DNA from: Candidatus Latescibacterota bacterium
GTDB taxonomy: Bacteria; Latescibacterota; UBA2968; UBA8231
Assembly: GCA_965243025.1 (NCBI GenBank)
Contig: CBDETY010000003.1
Span: 2,592,001-2,656,000 of the forward strand
Length of the DNA stretch: 64,000 nucleotides
Direction of reading: 5' to 3'
Shown here: positions 53,885 to 61,515 of the stretch, piece after piece
How the letters are laid out: each line of letters opens with the position of its first letter
Position numbering within the stretch: the first letter of the stretch is position 1
Made by a program: the position numbers and the translations under genes
The notes under the pieces: model-generated
Databases searched by the model: none
Seen by the model: the letters and a program-made list of their open reading frames with translations, nothing else
Told to the model about the DNA's origin: nothing

Positions 53885-56455
53885 TCAGGGCCGTTCGCCC
53901 AGCACCTCGAGCAATCGGCGCGACACGTTTTCCTCCGGATCGATCGCAGCGGCACGCCAGAACCGCTCCCGCGCTCTGCTCCTGTCACCCTTGAGCATGG
54001 CGATCGTCCCCTCGACGGCGTAGCGGCGTGCCGCGAGGCGCTTCTCGAGCCTTTCCACCTGTTCCGGGCCGGCGCCCGAAAGCATGGAGGCGTCCACCTC
54101 TTCGATGAGATGGCGCCTCATGCTTTCGAGGGCTGCCACGCCGTTGAGACCGTAGTCATCGCTGTCGGTGTAACCAATCCGGGTCATGGCGTCGGTGTTG
54201 ATCGGGCCCCTGCCCACGCAGCGGTCCACGGCCGCCCGGTCGAGAGCGAGAGTGCTGAGAAAGGAGACGGCGTCACCGAGGTCGACCGGCGCGAGATTAG
54301 CCTCGATTTCGGGTCGCGCAAGCCGTCGCTGCAGCATGGCGTAGTCGATATGCAGGGGGTCGAAGGAACCGAGCAGGATCGTGTAGATTTCGTTCAGCCA
54401 CACCGAAACGTGCGGGAACGTGGACCTGAAGGTCCGCAGGATGACTCTGTAATCCTCGGCCGTCAGACCGTGAAGGGGCACCCATTGAGCGAGCAAGCCG
54501 CCATCATTCAAGCCCCGGCGGCAGAGGTCGTAGAACTCGCGGGTGTACAGCAGCCAGCTGTCCGCCGTCGTCGGATGGGTGGCGTCGCAGATGATGACAT
54601 CGTAGCGCTCGTCCGTGCGCAGCAGATGGGTTCGCCCGTCTTCGGCGATCAAATTGATGTGAGACGAGTCGAAGCGACCGGCGATGCCGTTGTTGTACTC
54701 AGCGAAGTAGCCTGCCGCCCCGAACACGGCCGGCACGACCTCGACGCAGTCGAGACGCTCCGGACCGTGCAATTCCGCCGCTGACAGGGTCACGCCCCCG
54801 CCGAAGGCCACGACGAGAGCTTTCTCGGGCTCGGGGTGCAACAGGAGAGGCAGATTGCCGAGGGTGCGAAACGTCTGCATCGCGGCGTGGTCGGTGCGAA
54901 CTTCGCCAGTGCCGTTCACCCGCAGGCTGCGATGGCCCTCGGCGATCTGGTAGACGCTGACCGTGCCTCCCACATCCTCGCTGTAGTAGATGAGCTCACC
55001 CTGCGGGTCGACCTGATCCAGAAGTCTTGCGAAAAGATCCCCCGGCACAGCGACTTCAAGGGCCACCGCCGGAAGCGCCAGGACCGCGACAAGGGCCCAT
55101 TTTCTCCCCAATCGAGTCAGCGGGCCGGCGAGGAGCAGGACAACCCCGAGAACGACATTCGTCCACGCCAGGGCCTGAATCGTCAACTGCGTCCCGAGGA
55201 GGGGGATCAAAACGAACCCGGCCGCCAGGGAGCCGGCGATAGCCCCACCGGTGTTGGCCGCATAGAGGTCTCCGATGCGCCGGCCCACGCTTTGCAGTCC
55301 GGTCACCTGGAGCCGGACGGCTATCGGAAAAACGGCTCCCATGAGGAAAGTGGGGACGAACATGACGACGACGGCGACAATGAGCAGATCCGCTTCGGGC
55401 GACAGACTGAAGGCGCTCTCGAGAAAACTGAAGTAGGCGACGCCGCTGCCCAGGAGGGCGATCGAGGCGAGGCCGAAGAGTCCGATCAGCATCTCGATGG
55501 CGCCGAAGGCGAGGGCGGGATCCCGCCCTCGATCCGCGAGGCGCGCGCCGGCGGCTCCACCAGAGGCGAGGCCGAGGAGGAAGGCGATCAGGATGGTGCT
55601 GAAACTCAGGGTTGTCGCCGCCTTGTGGAGAATCGTCAACAGCCTCGTCCACACCACTTCATAGCCAAGAGCGGTGAACCCGGACAGGCCGAATGCCACC
55701 AGTGTGAGGGGACGCATCCAGGTCGGAAGAGCCTCGGAAGAGTCGTGCCGGACGGTCGGCCTCGGAACAACCGGATGTTCTTCGGCCGCGATGTCGTGTT
55801 CCCGCGTTTGCACCTCTCCCCATGTCCGGCTCAGGAGGAGAGAGGTAGCTCCTATGAGCAGATTCGTCGCGGCGCCCAGGTAGGTGGCGCCAGTCACTCC
55901 GACGCTGGGCAGCAGTACGAAAGCGGCTACGAACACTCCAACGGCAGCACCGAAGGTATTCACCGCGTAGAGTCCGCCAACCGTCGAACCAGTGCCCGCA
56001 ATACGATCGACGGCGAACTTGCCCATGACGGGCAAGGTCGCACCCATCAGCGTCGTCGGCACGATGAGGACGGCAAAGGCGAGTGCGAGGCGAGTGACGG
56101 AGGCGAAGAAGGGACTCTCACCGCTGAGCCGGAAGCTGAGGACGTAAGCCTCGTCCAGAGCTCCGATGATGAAAGGAACGACGAGGGCGCACACGCCGAT
56201 GGCGATCTCGAGTCGCCCGTATGTCCTCAGCCGTTCCGCCCGCCTGTCCGTCGCTCGACCGAAGTAGAACCCGCCCAGTGCGAGGCCGGCCATGAACGAC
56301 GCCAGCACGGTGCTGACGGCGTGGGCACTGACGCCGAATACGACCAGCAGCATCCGCACCCAGATGACCTCGTAGACCAGTGAGCACGCCCCGGACAGAA
56401 AGAACAGGGCGAGAATGACGGCTCCCATCGATGAGGTCATAAGCCCGCGGCGCAC
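53885..56455 (-). CDS. Fused MFS-like membrane domain/spermidine synthase-like methyltransferase
   Basis: SG..SLVYEVIW.R, PTTLMGATLP and LYAVNT.G (twice); C-terminal PE.ALV..GGG.T, EDGR, YDVI..D, LYTREFY and QW.P. Confidence 0.9.
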   Translation of the reverse strand: MRRGLMTSSMGAVILALFFLSGACSLVYEVIWVRMLLVVFGVSAHAVSTVLASFMAGLALGGFYFGRATDRRAERLRTYGRLEIAIGVCALVVPFIIGALDEAYVLSFRLSGESPFFASVTRLALAFAVLIVPTTLMGATLPVMGKFAVDRIAGTGSTVGGLYAVNTFGAAVGVFVAAFVLLPSVGVTGATYLGAATNLLIGATSLLLSRTWGEVQTREHDIAAEEHPVVPRPTVRHDSSEALPTWMRPLTLVAFGLSGFTALGYEVVWTRLLTILHKAATTLSFSTILIAFLLGLASGGAAGARLADRGRDPALAFGAIEMLIGLFGLASIALLGSGVAYFSFLESAFSLSPEADLLIVAVVVMFVPTFLMGAVFPIAVRLQVTGLQSVGRRIGDLYAANTGGAIAGSLAAGFVLIPLLGTQLTIQALAWTNVVLGVVLLLAGPLTRLGRKWALVAVLALPAVALEVAVPGDLFARLLDQVDPQGELIYYSEDVGGTVSVYQIAEGHRSLRVNGTGEVRTDHAAMQTFRTLGNLPLLLHPEPEKALVVAFGGGVTLSAAELHGPERLDCVEVVPAVFGAAGYFAEYNNGIAGRFDSSHINLIAEDGRTHLLRTDERYDVIICDATHPTTADSWLLYTREFYDLCRRGLNDGGLLAQWVPLHGLTAEDYRVILRTFRSTFPHVSVWLNEIYTILLGSFDPLHIDYAMLQRRLARPEIEANLAPVDLGDAVSFLSTLALDRAAVDRCVGRGPINTDAMTRIGYTDSDDYGLNGVAALESMRRHLIEEVDASMLSGAGPEQVERLEKRLAARRYAVEGTIAMLKGDRSRARERFWRAAAIDPEENVSRRLLEVLGERP

Positions 56456-56462
56456 CAGTGTC

Positions 56463-56777
56463 TCACACGGCCGTGATGCGATTGCCGTAGTTGCCGGTTA
56501 TGCCGTCGATGACGAGCCACACGCCGCCTGTCGTCGTCTCTCCCAGGATGAGGCCCGGGAAGAACGGCCGCAGCTGGGCGAAGAGACCAGGGCCACCGTA
56601 CTGCAGGGTAACGGCCTTCAGGAACCAGGCGACGAAGGCAGAAAGCCAGATCTGGCCGGTGATGAACCCAGGGGCGCCGGCGAACAGCGACAGCAGGCAG
56701 CCGACGAGGAGGCCTTTCCATGTGAAGGGGGATCGCGACGAAGACATGCCCGGAGTGGACGAGCGCGGTCCGAGCAT
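56463..56777 (-). pseudogene. Internally deleted DUF6785/DUF6784-like transporter remnant (N-terminus fused in frame to C-terminus)
   Basis: SPFTWKGLLVGCLLSLFAGA matches the start, and GFITGQIWLSAFVAWFLK...LRPFFPGLILGE the end, of the ~645-aa paralog at 35338. Confidence 0.75.
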
Positions 56778-56780
56778 GGG

Positions 56781-56948
56781 CTAGTGTCCTGTCGCAGAGA
56801 TAGATTGACAAAATCGGGAGGCCGAGGCGCCCGGCTCACAAGGCGCCTGAGCGAGTCGTACCGAGGGTGTACGGGGAGCGAAGGCAACGCCGTGAGCCGG
56901 GATGGATCGGCTTCCCGATGTCGACATATTTCTGCGACAGGACACTAG
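56781..56948. mobile_element. MITE-like non-autonomous element (168 bp), IS630-like ends
   Basis: Perfect 18-bp terminal inverted repeats CTAGTGTCCTGTCGCAGA / TCTGCGACAGGACACTAG, nested internal inverted repeats, no transposase. Confidence 0.8.
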
Positions 56949-58597
56949 GATCTGTCGATCTTCTGCAGTTCGTCCCAGAAGACCGTTACGCCGTACCTGT
57001 CCCGCAACCTGCGCAAGTAGTCCTTGTAGACCCGGGATCTTTTCTGCATTGTGACGAACGCTGTGGCGCGACGCTTGGAAAAATCGTGGTACGGCTTGAG
57101 CTCCGGCGACTTGCGGTCGAGGATCACAAACACGGAATATCCGTCTTTCACCTTCACCGGCCCCCCGATGTCGCCGACCTCCATCTCCTTCGCCGCTTCG
57201 TAGACGTCTGGATAGCGCGTTACCGTGCCCAGCTTGATTCGACCTCCGTGATGCGCCCGCCCCTCGCGGAACGTGTGCGAGGTCGCCAGCTCCTCCGGGT
57301 CCGCCCCCTGTTCCAACTCTTGCTTCAGTTGCCGCGCCAGCTGCGGAGAAGGGACCAGCACTTCGATCGCTTCCATCTCGTCCAGGGTTTGAAAGAGCTC
57401 CGGGTGATCTTCGTAGTAGGCCCTGGCCTCTTCGGGTGAGACCGCCACCTGCTCGACCACTTCCCGATCCCGCACGGTACTCATGAGCAGATCCTGCCGT
57501 TCTGCCTCCACCGCCGAGACGACCGAGGGGTCCTGGTGCAGTCCTGCGGCATGCGCCTCCTCCAGGCGAAGTCGATCGACGATGACGCGGTCTCGAAGAT
57601 ACCTTGCGAAGGAGGTGCTGTCGGCAAATCCCTGTCCCTGGGGCGCCATGCTCTGCAGATCTCCGACCGTGAGCTGCCCTCCCCGGTAGTCGACGATGAC
57701 GACGCTCGGGTCGAAACCCGCCACCGCGGCAGTGTCTCCCGGCGTCGAGTGGGTCGATCGCAGCAGATCGGAAACGACTTCGAACTGGATCTGCGGCGCG
57801 TACGCCTCGACGAGCGAATCGCTCACCGCCGCCATACGCTCCTGCTGTTTTCGAGCAAACACCTCTCCCCGCAGCACATCCTCGGACTCGGCTACCGGAA
57901 GTGGCATCTCGTCCAGTATCTTGAAAATCGCATAGTGTCTCGCGCCCCTGTATGCGAGGGACACGGGTTCGGAGAGCTCCCCCACCTCAAGGCGAAAGAT
58001 CTCTTCTCTGATCTCCTCCGCGGTGGCGTCCTTGGTCAGGTACCTGAAGTTGTCTCCACCCTGGTCCCTGGTCTCTTCGTAGACCGAGCGCTGTCGCGCC
58101 AGGTCGGCGAAGTCAGCTCCCTCTTCCAGCTCCGCCAGTACCCCGAGCGCCTCCTCACGAGTCGCCAACATGATTCCGGCGAACCGGAGCGCCCGATCGC
58201 GTCGCGTCTGTCGGTATTGCTCCAGTATCTCCTGCCCGGTGACGACGACCTTGGCGTTGATCTCGCGCTGTCCGTGGAGGATGAGCATTCTCTGCTCTCT
58301 GAAGCGCGAGATCGTCGGATCGAACCAGGGCTCTTCGTCGATTCCCATCGCTCTGGCTTGCTGCAGCAGGACGGTTTTGTCGATGAGACTCTCGAGCAAC
58401 AGACTGTCCGACGAAACGCCGGGCTCCTCTCCCTTGTAGACCTCCGGCAGGCTGGCGCCAAACGACTCCAGGTCGCTCAGCGTGAGTTCCGTCGCCCCCA
58501 CCCGGGCGATCACCGGGTTGCTCTCCGACGCGGAACTTGCCGCTACGGCAAGTCCGTGCAGTATGGCGACCAGGGTGAGCAGCCGGCGGCCAGCCAC
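56945..58597 (-). CDS. SurA/PrsA-like peptidyl-prolyl cis-trans isomerase (two parvulin modules)
   Basis: Signal peptide, VIARVG, GADFADLARQRS...GG, L.VGELSEPV, and a second module GADPEELA..H....GG...VGDIGGPV..DGYSV. Confidence 0.88.
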   Translation of the reverse strand: MAGRRLLTLVAILHGLAVAASSASESNPVIARVGATELTLSDLESFGASLPEVYKGEEPGVSSDSLLLESLIDKTVLLQQARAMGIDEEPWFDPTISRFREQRMLILHGQREINAKVVVTGQEILEQYRQTRRDRALRFAGIMLATREEALGVLAELEEGADFADLARQRSVYEETRDQGGDNFRYLTKDATAEEIREEIFRLEVGELSEPVSLAYRGARHYAIFKILDEMPLPVAESEDVLRGEVFARKQQERMAAVSDSLVEAYAPQIQFEVVSDLLRSTHSTPGDTAAVAGFDPSVVIVDYRGGQLTVGDLQSMAPQGQGFADSTSFARYLRDRVIVDRLRLEEAHAAGLHQDPSVVSAVEAERQDLLMSTVRDREVVEQVAVSPEEARAYYEDHPELFQTLDEMEAIEVLVPSPQLARQLKQELEQGADPEELATSHTFREGRAHHGGRIKLGTVTRYPDVYEAAKEMEVGDIGGPVKVKDGYSVFVILDRKSPELKPYHDFSKRRATAFVTMQKRSRVYKDYLRRLRDRYGVTVFWDELQKIDRS

Positions 58598-61515
58598 TAC
58601 AGGCCCGCCATCACGGTGAGAAAGATCAGACCGGAGGTATCTGTGTCCCGATCGCCGTCGACGATCTCCAGAGAACGTCGATCGATGCGGCTGCCCAGCT
58701 GTGCCGTGACGTGATAGCCAAGGTAATCACTGCGATTCGTCAGCTGGAGCGCCAGCACCGAGCCGCGGAAATCGCCGCTGAACAGGCCCGCGAGTTCGTC
58801 CTCGTCTTCTCTCAGTTCGTGGAAAAAGCGTTGCTCCCAGCCGGCCTGCAGCTGGGTCGAGCGGAGCAGCGGCATCGACAGCTGGAGGAAGAAGATGGCG
58901 TCCCAGGAGCGCCGTTTGAGCTCATCGCGCCGGAAAGGAGTCTCGTTGAGGAACTCGCTCTTGAATCGCGGCTCGATCTGCATCCGTCCGAGGTCGTGAA
59001 CGTATCCGACCTTGTTGATCAGGCCGGTAAACCCGGAGTGCTCCCGTCCGTTTCGTCCCTCCGGACCGAGGGGATCAAAAACAGAGACTGTGTCGCCGGC
59101 GGCATCGAGTGTGACCTCGACGTCAGCCTGACGCTGACGCCAGGTCTCCCACTTGAAGCGGTGAAAGGTCGCCCAGCCGCGGGGGCTGTCGTAGCGGTAG
59201 TCGGCGTAGAAGCTGTTGATCCAGGTGTCCTCGGCTGCCAGGGGGTCCTGCACCGGCTGGTTCCGCCCGCGCGAGGTGGCAGCGCGCCCGAAGTCCGTCC
59301 TCGGGATGACCCATTGCATCAAGTGATCGGGAATGTCGTCCTCCACCTTTTTCAGCATGTCGAACAAGCGGACCCGCCCCCACGGCCGATCCTCGTAGGC
59401 GGTCGCGAGTGCGTAGGTCGCCACGCTTTCCCGTGAGCTTTTCCTGGTCTCCTCCCGCAGCTGTCCGACTCTCAATCTCGCTCCCGGAGAGAGCTCGACA
59501 CCGCCGTATACGTTTCGCCCCCAGTGGTCCTTCTTGTAGGGGTAGTCCGGCTGGTCGTCGTTCTCGAAGCGCTCCGCCCAGCCGTTGTTGTTCAGGTCCA
59601 TCCCGACGAGGAACCGGGGACGATCGGCGTGATAGCGCAGGAAGGGCTCGTCGTAGTCGGGGAAGAAGTTCCGCCGTCCGGGGATATCGTTCTGGTTGAA
59701 GTCGGAGATGAAATCGCCGTTCTCATCGTAACCCGGAAAGACTTCGGGATCGGCCCTGCCGCGAGACTCGATCGTCACCTGCGGCCGCTGCGGATCGGGA
59801 ATGAGACTGCCCTCGCCGATGCGCAGCTGGTCCGGGTGCCGGTCGTTGTCGTCGTTGTCGTCGACGTAGTCGTAGAGCACGTTGGTGGCCTCTGGATCAT
59901 AATTCGTACGGCCCCCCGTTCGCACAGGACGCACGCTCGTGGTGTAATCGTCGTCCATGCCGAACCCCTCGGCGAAGACGGACCATGGGCCATGTCTCCA
60001 GGACAGGTTGAGCATGAAGCCGACGGCGTGCTCGTCCCCCCGAATGCCGGAGATGGCGCGGTGCTTATCGAGCCCGCCCGAGGGGTATTTGCGGTAGGTC
60101 GTGTTGAGGTTGGCCTCGCCGTAGAAGTCGATGCCGTGGAAGTCGCGGATCTCGGTCGAAATCCCCGCGATCTGGTTCGCCGTCGGCAGGCCGTAATCGA
60201 AGACGACCTCTCGCCGGTTCAGCCCGTTCTTCACGTTCCCTTCGGCCCTCGTCACGAGCCGGAACTGAGGCACGTCATCGTCGTCGGTCTGCCGGTTCGA
60301 GGTCGCCTCGATGCGGTAGTCGTTTGCCACGACGAGCCGGAAGCGGACATCCCTGATGTTGAAGACCGCGTCCTCGGCCTCCTCCGGTGTAAGGCGAAGT
60401 CGATCTACCAGCAGTGTTCTCAGATCGGTCACATCCGCTTGCGGTCGCTCCACCAGCGGATACTTGAGCACGATATCCTCGGTTCCGCTCGCCGTCAGGA
60501 AACCGCGCTCCAGCCGGCCACCCTCCACCAGGGGTCGGAAACCGATGTCGCTGCCCAGTATGACGGTGTCGATCCGAGCCATGACGGGAGGCTCCGTATC
60601 GGGCAGCTCGCGCACGAGTGTCGTGTGGATCTGCACGTCGTCGCTGAAGAGGACGACTCCGCCTTCGCCGTCCTCGGGCGAGTCGTCGGACAGCCGCAGT
60701 ACGAGAAGCTCCAACCGCTCGGACAGCTGCACGGCGCTGAGGAACCCCTTCATCGGATTCCCCGTGAAGGCGTCGCGGGTGGCGCTGTTGTTGTGACTGT
60801 TGATGAAATTCAGGCCCACCGTCAGGAAGTCGGCCACATCCACCTCCGCCCTGCCGCCCATGAGATTGGTAAAATTGGAGAAGCTCACGAGGCCGCCGAA
60901 GGCGGGGTTCGAGATTCTCGACAGCACACCGGTGAAGCGGAAACGGTCGGCTGCGTAGCTGCCCACCAGTCCGTTGAAGCCGGCCTTGCGGAACGTCATG
61001 GGTGTGAGAGTGGCGAACATCTCGTCCCCAACGGTGAGCGCGTACCCCCGCCCGCCGCTTACGTCGGAGGCGATGACCAGGCGGTCGAACCACCGGATGT
61101 AGCGCGCATCCTGCAGCACCTGGGAACCGCCCGAACTGGCCGGCTGTGTCTGGCGCCAGTCGTAGATCAGCCACCCCTGCGTGATGAGGTCGCCGTACTG
61201 ATCGTAGAAGTAGGCCCCCTCCTGTGTGCTGCTCACATACCGCTTGTAGATGTCGGAAGCGTAGTTCGTGTATTCCCACTGGCGGCGGCCCCGCTCGCCG
61301 AACATCGATGCCGGCAGGTACCAGCGACCGATGGTCGGGTCGAGGGCTTCTGCGTAGATATTCACCCCCCGGGGACGGTAGAGGACTTCGTCCCCGACGC
61401 GGTTGCCGATCCGAAAACCGTACGGCCCTTGAGCGAGCAGGGGGAGGGGAATCAGGGCCGCCAGCAGTACGCTCGTCCCGAGAATTCCGGCACGTGGATG
61501 GCCAGCCATCGTCAT
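58597..61515 (-). CDS. Large secreted hypothetical protein, paralog B
   Basis: ATGA overlap with the upstream paralog, signal peptide ending LLA-QG, same conserved blocks as paralog A. Confidence 0.8.
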   Translation of the reverse strand: MTMAGHPRAGILGTSVLLAALIPLPLLAQGPYGFRIGNRVGDEVLYRPRGVNIYAEALDPTIGRWYLPASMFGERGRRQWEYTNYASDIYKRYVSSTQEGAYFYDQYGDLITQGWLIYDWRQTQPASSGGSQVLQDARYIRWFDRLVIASDVSGGRGYALTVGDEMFATLTPMTFRKAGFNGLVGSYAADRFRFTGVLSRISNPAFGGLVSFSNFTNLMGGRAEVDVADFLTVGLNFINSHNNSATRDAFTGNPMKGFLSAVQLSERLELLVLRLSDDSPEDGEGGVVLFSDDVQIHTTLVRELPDTEPPVMARIDTVILGSDIGFRPLVEGGRLERGFLTASGTEDIVLKYPLVERPQADVTDLRTLLVDRLRLTPEEAEDAVFNIRDVRFRLVVANDYRIEATSNRQTDDDDVPQFRLVTRAEGNVKNGLNRREVVFDYGLPTANQIAGISTEIRDFHGIDFYGEANLNTTYRKYPSGGLDKHRAISGIRGDEHAVGFMLNLSWRHGPWSVFAEGFGMDDDYTTSVRPVRTGGRTNYDPEATNVLYDYVDDNDDNDRHPDQLRIGEGSLIPDPQRPQVTIESRGRADPEVFPGYDENGDFISDFNQNDIPGRRNFFPDYDEPFLRYHADRPRFLVGMDLNNNGWAERFENDDQPDYPYKKDHWGRNVYGGVELSPGARLRVGQLREETRKSSRESVATYALATAYEDRPWGRVRLFDMLKKVEDDIPDHLMQWVIPRTDFGRAATSRGRNQPVQDPLAAEDTWINSFYADYRYDSPRGWATFHRFKWETWRQRQADVEVTLDAAGDTVSVFDPLGPEGRNGREHSGFTGLINKVGYVHDLGRMQIEPRFKSEFLNETPFRRDELKRRSWDAIFFLQLSMPLLRSTQLQAGWEQRFFHELREDEDELAGLFSGDFRGSVLALQLTNRSDYLGYHVTAQLGSRIDRRSLEIVDGDRDTDTSGLIFLTVMAGL

